Shown in pieces: positions 1-11,053 of a DNA stretch of 64,000 nt. Each line of letters opens with the position of its first letter. Positions within the stretch are counted from its first letter, which is position 1. Under the pieces are notes generated by a model. The model ran no database searches, was not told where the DNA came from, and worked only from the letters and a program-made list of their open reading frames with translations. Made by a program: the position numbers and the translations under genes. This stretch comes from Coniocarpon cinnabarinum (Eukaryota): positions 1 through 64,000 of the forward strand of contig JAVECO010000065.1 of the NCBI GenBank assembly GCA_051942205.1, written 5' to 3'.

Positions 1-588
1 GTTATGCAGGGGGGTGAAGTGGGGTGGAGGGAGTATCAGGTTTATTTGGATCCTGCTTTGTAGGATGAGTAATCGTCACTGCGAGAGTGTGGTGCTACTC
101 TGTGTAAGGATAAGATGTGGGTATTTGATATGCCTTTTGGAGGTATTGTAGTGTGCAGCAAGCCTGTCGCTATGAACAAAGTCACGTGATGAATGATCAA
201 CGTGACAGAGTTCCATGTGAGCGGTCCATAATGCCATGAGCGCAGCTTTTGCGCAGCGTGTTGCAGTGTCTCAGGGCGGTTTTTGGAACAAAGCATATAG
301 TTGAACGTGCTGCGCCAGTATCAGATTGAACGAAAGGTCAAGTTGTAGGTGCACTACCCTGTCTCCTTCACCAATGTGAGCTATTCGCATAATATTTGAT
401 CAAGCTAAGATGCAAGACAACGAGAAAAAGAAGAAAAGTAGAATTTCATTTGCCACGGGCGACGTTACGTGATACAGAGCGCCGTGGTGCAGTATTGGTA
501 CACACAACGGCTCACATAACGAATGAAACTCATCTCCGACTACCACCTGCTTGCGTGTCTGGTGGCGCATTGGAAATCGTGACCTTGC

Positions 589-862
589 TCAGCATTGCTT
601 GCCACACTGCGGACACTTGTATCCAGGAATCACCCTGGGATCAGCTTGTCAGCATAGATCTTTCCTGCAATGTTTAGCAGGGAAATAACAAACTCACCAT
701 ACTTCCTTGCCCTTCTTGGCGAAATCGGGACACTTGACGCCAGGGATCTGTCGTAGACATGATTCAGCTTCCGCTGCAAGAGCGAAGCAAGCCATCAAAG
801 CTTACCGGTAGGGTCACAGGAGAGTATGGGAAAAGCTCGTAGCTCTCGTCATACCTGACGGA
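589..862 (-). pseudogene. Third zinc-ribbon repeat, in frame behind the TGA at 865-863 (exons 862-806, 747-698, 634-589)
   Basis: Two intact introns (GTAAGC..CAG, GTGAGT..CAG). Translates SVRYDESYELFPYSPVTLP|IPGVKCPDFAKKGKEVW|VIPGYKCPQCGKQC*, with the second Cys replaced by Phe. Confidence 0.65.
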
Positions 863-1409
863 TCAGCATTGCGTTCCGCATTTTGGACAGTTCTTTCCTG
901 CTGACACCCACGTTTCTGCTCCCTGCTTTTCGCAAAATGAACATGTACCGGGTGCCTGTGCAAGACTACCAGTCAGCCTTGTTTTACTGAACGCAAGCCT
1001 GAAAGCCTACCGGTGTAGTCTGAGGAAGACTGTCGTTCAATCCGCGGCACTGTTCGCTGCCAGGTATAATGCCGGACGGGCATGGAGTACCGCACTGCGG
1101 ACAATTCGTGCCAGGTGTCAACCAAACTTCTTTCCCCTTCTTCAAACACGTGGGACACTTTTGCTGTCCAGCTTCCTGTCACCCAAGAGTCAGTCCAGAC
1201 GTTCATGGCCATCTTCCAAGGTTTGCAAGGTTACGCACCGGCGGAACAAGAATACCGAGATCGGAATACTGCATCAAGATCTTCTGCTCGAAAGCCGGGT
1301 CATCGACCAAGAATCCGCAGGTGTCTGGTCCCTGCATTGCTTGAATGCTGCAAGAAGCGGCATCGTCGACGTGAGGAGCGGGCATGGCGAGCTGCTTCGT
1401 GGGTTTCAT
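863..1409 (-). CDS. Small protein with tandem CxxC...W...CPxCG zinc-ribbon-like repeats (3 exons: 1409-1239, 1175-1011, 955-863)
   Basis: GTGCGT and GTAGGC donors, CTGAC branch sites and CAG acceptors give phase-0 introns. The spliced product contains KCPTCLKKGKEVWLTPGTNCPQCGTPC and TCSFCEKQGAETWVSAGKNCPKCGTQC*. Confidence 0.75.
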
Positions 1410-3532
1410 GTTGATGTCCGAGCTGTTCTTGGTTTTGACGTCGGCGCTGACAGGGTCTTATGAGGCCGCGTCTTGAGGCGTGTGGTTTGGATTGGAACAG
1501 CTGAGTGAGCAGCAGACTAACACACGCAAGTCAAAGAAGTGACAATGATACGCCCTCGCTTCGAGTCTCGATTGAACGGTGGCCTGGAATTGGCTTGATG
1601 TTGATGGTGGAAAAGAAAAGAGAAATTGCACACTCGAGTCGCAGGCTTTTGTATTCTTGCGAATGGCAAACGCAGCTGCACGAGGTCTCATGAGACCCGC
1701 GTCATAACGGAGTAGAACTTGGTTCGCCGCTGTGACCAAAGCCCGCGTTTCGGTAGTACTGACAAACATGATCAATACGTTTGACTTGTAGCGACAGCAG
1801 AACCCGATCGGTTTTCGGCGCAACAGACGCCACTGCTCTGTCCTACCCAAGACATGATTTGAGGTTCCAGACCTTGCAGTATCATTTGCGCCTACAATAG
1901 ATAGTCAATAGTAAGAATACATCCTCATTAAACAATACTCCACTTCTTCTGGACGAGTCAGATGATTTCAAGTGCTGAATCACTTTATCCGGGTCTACGA
2001 TGCGAAATACAACGGAGGTATGAAGCACACGATGCAATGCGACCAGTTTTGAGCGTCAACATGCCTGTTCCAGCATCATCGATTGTGCGACAGCAATGAT
2101 GCACCAGTCGGTCAACAAGTCGGTGCCAAGTGAAACAGGTTCATTGCATAGCAAGGCACTCGCGCATGCTCGGGTAAAGGCGCTTTTCACGGTGCGCTGC
2201 AGCCTGCGTCGACTTCCAACGTCATCGTCGCACCCTCATGATGACCTTGTTTGAACATCATGTGGAATCGATAAGCGAGGAACCATCGCGTGTGGCTCTT
2301 TCACTGAAGCCACGAACATTACCATCTTAAAGTGTCACGCTCCTCCATACCAGCCTAACCCCCCAGATCACCATCGTCTAACTTCAGTACATCGGGATTC
2401 CAAATGTACGGATCAAGCTTCTATGTCGAAGAGAACTTTTGCACCATGCTTGAAACAGGACTACGCGTTTGACGATCAAAATACCTCGATTGCTAGGAGG
2501 TCACGCTACACAAATTCCTGTTGCTAGGCGCCATTTGCTGAAGTTGCATGGCGCTGTGGGAAGCTATTACGGCCTTTTTCAAGATAGTCGTCTATCAGCG
2601 AAGATGTGGATGTCACCCTAACCTCAAAGAAGTTGAAGGGGTAGATGTCTCCGTCGTAGAGAGGTATGTGCTACTGTTTGTTGGCCTTAAAAGCAAGGCG
2701 CATCTTGAGAGCTTTCGGATTAGGGTTGAATTCTTTACGAAAAGTATTGCTCGTTGCAGTAATATTGCAGAAAAGTATTGAAATCGAGCATTTCACATTT
2801 CTGACAGCATCACGTGATGTGCACGGGCCACTTATTCCGCCGAGAGCGCTGTCTGCCTGAATAATAGCTGTAATTAGTCTACCGCATATATTTAACCTAC
2901 CCTGTCTGATACTATTACCCTGCCCTACGTAGCTCCATGTCTATGAATATATATACACTTATACCCTATTCGAATACTAATATACCCGATCTGGCATAGC
3001 GGTCAGAGATTCAAGCGCTTTCCAGTAATTCTGACGTAAAATATTGGGAAATTTCTGGAATTTCTTGCACGTGACAACCCTATTTCGGAATTCATCTACG
3101 GTTAACGCAGCCCTATCATACAGGTTCAAATCTCTTTCAACATGCTGCAGACTAAATGTTGCGCGAACTCTTTAAGCCTATGGTTGGACCTTTGTCGATT
3201 CCTTGAGCAAATTCCGAGTGTGCTACTGCTAGAGTAATCTGGTTGACTTCTCTTGAATGGCGTAGGTAAGACGCTTGTGAGATACTTTCTCGGGCAATGT
3301 TGCATTTATGAAGGCAACGCGTTACATGCAGGCACTTTTCCAAGTTGCCTGCAGGGCTGTGCATGCACTCTGACGTACTCATGACTGACATTTGTGATCG
3401 TCTCATGGTGACCATATCTTCCAGCCGTGTGCCTGCAGCGGCAGAAGAGCGTTTGACTCCAAGTCTGCGCCGCTCATTATCACGCGAACGCTTGAGCTCC
3501 ATCAGAGAAGGCCTGACTGATGTTTGGAACTT

Positions 3533-5930
3533 ATGGAGCCTGTCTCGACCACGATAGGCGTTGTCAGCTCTGTCTTGTCTATCGCTGATATTATAACTAG
3601 GAGCGTTCAACGACTCAGCGCTCTCAAGGCCAAGTACCGATCCGCAAACATCTCCGTTACACTTCTCCTCGGCCAGCTATGTATAACCAGGGAAGCTTTA
3701 AACCAGCTCTCAGCCTTGCAAAAGACTGGTCGTCTTAACCTACCTTCAGTGTCGTCCGATCTTGCCACGTCTCTTGAGGAGTCCTTGGATGCTTGTGGAA
3801 AAACTGCTGAGTCCCTTGAGAATCAGCTAGTTCAACTTGAAAAGCGTGATCAGGAAAACCTCAGCGCCCGAGGGAAGGCATCGTTCCTCTGGCACGAAAA
3901 TGAAATCAAAGACTATCTGAATCTTCTAGTCCCGCATATCAACGCTTTCACATTGCTCCTGCAAGTAATCCAATGGTGTGTTTTCGAAGCTCTGAATCAC
4001 TACCCAAATGAAATCTGACTCACACCCGCATAGCAGCGACGTTAGCGAGCGAAATGCGCTGCTGAACGATGACGACAGCATTACAGTTCTCCGACTAGCA
4101 CGCAATTGTACAGAATCGATGTTGCCACTTGATGACATTAGCTCGCGAGCCGAACGCGTTAGCATTTCTACTGAGCATACAGCGACGCTTAACAGCAGAT
4201 TTGATTTCGACCAAGAGATACTGGGATCCAAAATTTACCAGGCCGCAACTACGTCCCATGTCCGCAATCTCATCCGAAAAGAAAATTTTGAGCGTGAAAA
4301 GCATCGTACAGACGTGGTTACCACTCAGACTGACTCCCAAAACGTTGTGACTGATTCCCAAGCCGTTCTGACTGACTCGCAAGACATTCTGACTGACTCT
4401 CGAGACGTTCAATCTACCTCCTGTACGACTGATAGTCGGTCAGATTCTCAGGAGGCCCGCGATTCACATATCATAATAAGACGAAGCAGCATATCTATTT
4501 CTGGGGAGCCAGCGGATTCTTCTAAAAGATCTCATACGATTTCTACCGCGTTCGTTGTTCAGGAGATGCCGACACGCACCGATACTCAATGGGTCAAGTC
4601 AGCGGCTGCAATGAAACTTGGACGCCAACTCGTGCCATCTTCGCCAATTGGTCGTAACCAAAGTAGCCGAAAGGACATTCTAGCACAGGCTCAGAGTAAA
4701 GCTCGACAGGAACGTCTCAGGCTGGTCCAGACTAAGAGATTGGAGGCAGAATCTAAGGTACTGCTCCTGGGAACCTCAGATAGTGGGAAGTCAACGCTCC
4801 TCAAGTCCATGCAACTTTTCTTTGGAGGTCATTATACCAATGGAGAAAGATCTAGTCTCAAACATCTGATTTTTTCGAACGTCGTTAGCGGCATGAAATT
4901 GCTGCTGACTAGGATGGAACACTGCGGCATGGATCTAGACAGCGAGGATCATCAAGGTCATGTGCAAGTGCTTTGCTTACAGCCCGAACCCTGGCAACTG
5001 GATCACTTACCTGAAGATGTGCACGTCGCTATTAAGGTACTGTGGGCAGATAGCGGTGTCAAGCAAGCATATCGCCGCCGCCACGAGTTTGGATTTAGTG
5101 ACTCAATCGAGCTTTATGCTGGTGATATAGACCGTCTCGCAGCCAGCAGCTACGTTCCTTCGGACCACGACGTGCTTATGTGTCGCGTCCAGACTCTTGG
5201 CATTGAGGCAACCACTTTCAATCGAAGTGCTGTACCACATATCTCAGACAGGCCCACATGGAAAGTCTTTGACGTCAGCGGCGCCCGCTCAGAGAGAAGA
5301 AAATGGGCCCTCGTGTCTGATAAGGTCGATCTTGTAATTTTTAGCGTTGATCTGACTTCCTACGACAAAAGTCTCCCTGATGACAAGGCAGTCAACGGTA
5401 TGGAAGAAGCATTGACCGTCTTTGATACTGTATACAATAGTCATTTCTTCGTCGACACGGCTTTTGTATTGCTATTTACGAAAGACGATCAGCTTGCCCC
5501 TCGGATGACAGAGAACCCGCCACATAAATACTTCAACGATTTTAAAGCCGACGGAAATCCAATCGAATGGCATGGTGCGTTTCAAATGTTCCCTTGTCGA
5601 GATTCCCTTAGCTTGCCTTAAACCTTTGCCTCGGGCGGTGGGCACAAGGCGGCTCAAGTCATCCAATTCCAGCTCGGCCTCATGGAATCTTGCCAACCTC
5701 TGTTCTCAAACCCGCCATGAAACCTTCAATTTACACTGACTCCTTGTCTTTTAGCTTATCTTGAGCAACGCTTCCTAGAAAAGAATCCAAAAAAGCGCAG
5801 GCACACTCAGGTCCGATTCGTTGGTGTCTCAGACAAGAGGGTCGTGGATGTCAGAGCTATGGCCAGGAGTACGTTTCTAGCTGGCAATAATGCCTTATGG
5901 GACCTCTCTTGCGACTTGGAGTCTCGATGA
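3533..5930 (+). CDS. Fusion of a fungal HeLo-like N-terminal domain to an atypical heterotrimeric G-protein alpha domain (exons 3533-3975, 4034-5574, 5755-5930)
   Basis: N-terminus MEPVSTTIGVVSSVLSIADII...SVTLLLGQL resembles Helo_like_N. G-alpha motifs: KVLLLGTSDSGKSTLLKSMQ, RVQTLGI, FDVSGARSERRKW, LLFTKDD, AYLEQRFL. Introns 3976-4033 and 5575-5754 restore the frame. Confidence 0.85.
4329..4412 (+). repeat. 21-bp x4 coding tandem repeat (TDSQNVV/TDSQAVL/TDSQDIL/TDSRDVQ)
   Basis: Units ACTGAYTCNC.. start at 4329, 4350, 4371 and 4392. Confidence 0.9.
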
Positions 5931-6441
5931 ATTAGAAGCTAGACGGCTTGGAGGTTGGTACCAACCACAGTCGGTAAGTTTTGCATGTTGAAGTAGCTTT
6001 GGATTAACATGACAATTACTACTCGTCTTCAAATCGCGGTTCTGGCTTGACGCAGAACCTCGCTATGCTTACAGGCGTGACAGAGTGCATGTAAACCCTT
6101 CGCAACTACGTCCCTTCCCCAAGCAGATCTTGGCAAATTTGCTGATCGCAATGGTGATGCTGTAATGCGCCACCACATGATTACGCTGCGTGTGACCTAG
6201 CGTTTCCGTCACAGTCCGCTCTCAAACGGTGACGTTCGCGAGTATCTCGGCTTCAAGCTCTCGAAAGAGGCTCATGTAGGCTGCCGTGTTTGACCGAGCG
6301 GAAGCAAACGGTGTCGTGCTTTATGGAGGAGATTTTGCACTGGCATTCAGCCCTGCATCCTGTTCATTCAACCTTAACCTCACCAATTCCAGCCAACAAG
6401 GAGAAATAAGCTCGCCGAGTTGCTCTTTGGCACTCTCCACA

Positions 6442-9400
6442 ATGAGCGATAAGCGCCATGATAATACCGCATTCAACTTTGGCCAGGAAAGAGAGGCTCG
6501 CTTGACATCTATGATCACAGGGCTACTTTCGTTGGCTCTTCAGGCAAAGTCTTGCCTTTACCAAATCCAGTCCTCAAATGACGCACGATTTCCGCCCGAG
6601 CAAATTCGGCTCTTGATAGCTCTTGCGCGTGAGTGAAAACTACATGCGCTTTCTCACTCATGTCAGTGAGCTTTGAACGCTGACACAGCACGCAGGTACC
6701 CGCCCTCTACTTGAGGCATATGAGGAGCAAGTAATCTTACAATACGGGCCCATCAAGAATGACGTTGAAGAAGTTCTGGCAAGTCTGGAAACATGCCTGA
6801 GCGAGCTCTCGAATGGTTTATCGATGATGCGCGACGAAGCACAAAAACTCAAGGATTATGAGAAGAGTTTGCAACATGACAAGGTGATCTTGCATCGGAT
6901 TGACTACTGGAAGGCAAGGCAGACGACCTCAAAGCTCAGAGCTGTAGCAATCAAGAATAGACTTGACATAGTCACGGTTGCACTAAACACTGCTCGAACG
7001 AAGCTTGAAAGGAGGTCAGTCTTCTAATACTTCGATGAGCAATGCAGGGTTTTGACTGATAGAGCGACATAGTGTTCAAAATACCAGAACTTTATTTCAC
7101 AACATCTCGTCGGAAATTCGCAACGCAGAGTTTCAGGACAGAAACAGTGTTCTGCCACGAGAAGGAACCTTCGAAACGAACCTGAGCGCACATAAAAGCT
7201 TATTAGGCTCAGCGATCGTTGGTTCGGAATCCTGTTTCGTTTCTTCGATTCGATTTGAGACGTGGACGAGAGACGTTCCGTTTCCCCAACTTTTGTGGTG
7301 TTTCGGCAAGCCAGGATGTGGGAAATCTGTATTGAGGTATGTCTCTTGGCGCAGCTATCAAATCGCACAGCTAACGCCAGTCTACTAGCGCCAAAATCGT
7401 GGCTCATCTAATGAGGTTGGTGGAAGACGATGACGAACAGGCTGTAGCTTTCTATTACTTCAGTCCCAATGAACCGTCCACGGTGGAAGATGTTGCGAAG
7501 GTTTTACTATATCAGCTGCATCTCCAGGCTACCGACGCGCTTGATGCTTATGACGCCTTGCAACCGTCCACCGAGATTGGCTCGGGGCTTCATACTTCGG
7601 AGCTTCTCTCAGCTCTCGAAAAGGCCATCATACAATTTCGTCGAGTTTACATCGTTCTTGACGGCTTTGATGAGATCTCAGATCATCAAAGCAACCGCAT
7701 GTCGCGGCTTACTGATGTGCTGGTTGCTTCCCACGCATCTTTCCTGATTACAAGCCGTCAACGAGGCAATGTGAGCCCGGAATTCAGTAGCCTATGGACA
7801 ATTGAGATCAAAGCTACCGAAGCTGATCTTGCATTGTTCATGACCAATTACTTCCAAGTCATTTCTGATGAAGGGGAATCCATCAGTGAAAGTACAAAAC
7901 ACGAAATGATTGAACAAGCCTGTGGCAAGTAAGTCGAATGGTCGATGTTGGATTTTTTGCCAAAATTCTACTGAAACTGCGCTTAGTTTTCTGAGATTTA
8001 AACTATCAATGGACAATTTGAATACCAGTGGAATTTCAAAAAACATGCAAACGCTGATGAACGCGCTGTCAAGTGACCCTATGGCGGTCAATGTTGAGTC
8101 AGTGGAACTCGCTTCTGGTGGTTCCTACGAAGAGAGCCAAGCAGCTCGCACTTGTCTGCAACTGATGGTATGCGCTGAACGACAACTCCATACGGTCGAG
8201 CTGATGCACGCCTTGGAGTTGGTACAGGCTATGCCTCTTTGGAAACGTGAAGATTCATCCGTGGTCGACAGAATTGTTGACACATGCAATGGCTTGATCG
8301 TGCATGAGCGTCACTCGCAGACGATAAGATTCGCTCACACTTCAGCCAAGCATTTTACTCAGAAATGGCTAAAGCAACTTTCCGACAAACCCTCAGATGC
8401 CGTCATAATCGGGGCAACTTTAAAGCTCCTCAAGATCCAAGTATCCTCTCAGCAGTACTTCCGCATCCAAGATGGCGCAAGGCCAAATTCTGGCCAATTT
8501 CGAGTCTTTGCTTACGTGGCCAGCCATTGGGGCCATCATCTGCGACGCTGTTAATCAGATAAGAATTGCAAGGGATACCTGGAGCAAATTACAAAACTAC
8601 TGTCTGATGAGCGTATATTGACCATCCTCGTGGCATACATGTGCACAGATGTCAATGAAGAGACTGCTGGAACCGTTTTGCCATGCCGCAAAGGCTTCTC
8701 GCTGATACATCTAATGGCTTGGTTCGGACTCGACGATCTCACGCCAGTCAAACGTCATTCTCACGCAGTACCATCGCCTGCTCTGATCATTGATGGCCAT
8801 GGGCGCTCGCCACTGCACATTGCTGCTGGACGAGGCCACCATACTTTCATATGTTGCTTCATGATGAGCTTTGGTCCGGAGTACCTCAATCTCACTGACA
8901 ACGTTGGAAGAACAGCGCTACACTACGCGGTGCTGGGACGTCATGCAGATGCTGTCCAAGTTCTGCTGAACTTCAAGTGCGAGCTGAAGACGAAAGATTA
9001 TCGTGAGAAAACTGCATGGCATTATGCAGTCGAATACGGGAATTGCAATACCATTCGCCCTATGATCAACAGCATTGAGCCTTCAAGCGATGACCTGAAT
9101 TCTGCACTGAATCTTGGTATCAGGAACGGTCAAGCTAAGTTTGCGGAATTTTTAATCGCGCGCGGAGCCACCCTCGATGCAGAGTGTCTGATCAGAGCGA
9201 TTCCCTCAAAGTCAGAGCCAATGCTGCAGCTTCTCACAAAGAACAGCGCGGACGTCAACGCGAGAAGCGCATTTCAAGGCACCACACCTCTCCATGTTGC
9301 TTTCAGACAGTCTGGTCATATTGCTAAAATCTTGCTCGACGGATGCGCAGACATACGCGTACGGGACGACCTCGGTCGTACGCCGCTCTTCGACGCTGTT

Positions 9401-10858
9401 GAGACAGCAGACTTACCGCTGATCGAGCTATGCCTTCGCCATGGCTTTAGAACCGACGATGTAGATAAGCTCGGCATGACTCCACTGCACTTCGCCGTAC
9501 AGCTTTCGAAGCCTGTCGTTGTACACTTCCTTCTCTTTCGGAGAGCAGACGTCGACATCAATGTCTGCGATAACAAGGGGCGATCTCCTCTATTTCTCGC
9601 CGTCGAAACAGGCGACAATGACTGTGCAAGCCTACTCTTGCACCATAGAGCCAATGCCAATCGCGGAGACCTTGCTGGACAATCGCCGCTTGTCATGGCC
9701 TTGAAGAATGCGGACTTTCCTGTCATCGAAACTCTTCTGAGTTGTGGCGCGACAGTCAAGCAGATGGATTATCCCAAAGATCTGCAAGATACCCTCCAAA
9801 AATTCTTTCGGCAGTCTGAAGCCGAATATCGCACTCGTGTACGAGCGTATCGCGGAACTCATAATGCATCTACCGATGCAGGAGACATTCCATCCTCTGG
9901 AGCTTCAGAGATCACGAAATTACGTGCACAGGCTTTGGATCCTTCATCCTACAAGATCGCGTGGATCTGCGCTCATCCCTTTGAAATGGATGCCGCGCGT
10001 GCATGTCTCGACGAGGTATATGAAAGTCCGCCTGCAGCCACGGCCGCAGACACCAACATCTACATCCACGGCAGAATCGGTAATCATCTCATCATCATCG
10101 CCCGCCCTTCCCCCAACGCATTCGGCATCGCCTCGATGGTCACGAGAATTCGTCTACTCCTGTACAGCTTCTCCCGCGTACGCCTCGGATTCCAAATCGG
10201 CATCGGCAGCGGCGTTCCCACCGCCAAAAACCTCGAACTAGGCGATGTTATCGTCGCCCTATCACCCGAGAGACCTCCATTCGAGTCGCAATCCCTCGTC
10301 GAGCTCCGAATCGGCTCTTCAATCACGCCAACCCGACGCAGTCGCGATTTACATCCCAGAATCCCATCACTCATCAGAGACGCGATTCCCGTTCTTCAAT
10401 CCGAGCTCGAGAAAGCTCGACTCCCAGGCATCGCACAACAGGTAGAAGACGTACTGAACGCGAACCCACACATTCGCGAAGAATATAAGCGACCCGAGCG
10501 GTCGATGCACGAGTCCGATGTCACCAAAGCTTCGGCCCAGCTGGACCGTGATCTGCCCTTGGTCCACCATGGCAAGATCGCAAGCACAGACATCTATGTG
10601 AAAGACGCTCAAACACGTGATAAGATTCGGGACGAGTATGAGGTGCTCTGTCTCGAGAGGGAGGCATTTGGCGTGCCGGACATTCTGCCGCGAGTGGTCA
10701 TCCGTGGCATCTGTGACTTCGCAGACTCTCGCCATGATGAGCAATGGCAGCGGTACGCAGCTCTCACAGCAGCTGTCTACACAAAAGAGCTTCTGAAAAA
10801 GATCTCGCCCACTAAGCTTGAGGACGAAATGAGGAATATCGTAGTCGGAACATCATAA
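6442..10858 (+). CDS. NLR-like gene: helical (HeLo-like) N-terminus, NACHT, winged helix, ankyrin repeats, C-terminal PNP_UDP (nucleoside phosphorylase-like); in-frame TAA at 8552-8554
   Basis: Introns 6629-6695, 7015-7072, 7337-7388 and 7929-7986 keep the frame. Walker A LWCFGKPGCGKS, Walker B YIVLDGFDE, FLITSR, RFAHTS, YVASHWGHH, many G-x-T/S-P-L-H ankyrin units. PNP motifs YKIAWICA, GRIGNH, IGIGSGVP, LGDVIV, VIRGICDFADS, WQRYAA. Confidence 0.85.
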
Positions 10859-11053
10859 AACGCGTGTCTACGAACAATTGGGAAGGATCCGACGACGAAC
10901 GAGGTGACCTCATGAGGTGGCGGGAGACGTGGCTTGGTTTACAGCAACAGCATTGTCGCATTCTGTATTTCCATCTTCATAGCATATGAAATACCGATGA
11001 AGGCGGTATCCAACTAATAAACATTCTCCACCTCAATTTGCAGCCTGCTGCAA

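Noticed and set aside
2860..3010. TpA-rich patch, possible RIP-mutated transposon relic
   Set aside because: Too short, with no terminal repeats or coding remnant recognisable.
6629..7400. Apparent stops and frame breaks in the 5' part of the NLR gene
   Set aside because: All are removed by canonical introns (6629-6695, 7015-7072, 7337-7388), so they are not lesions.
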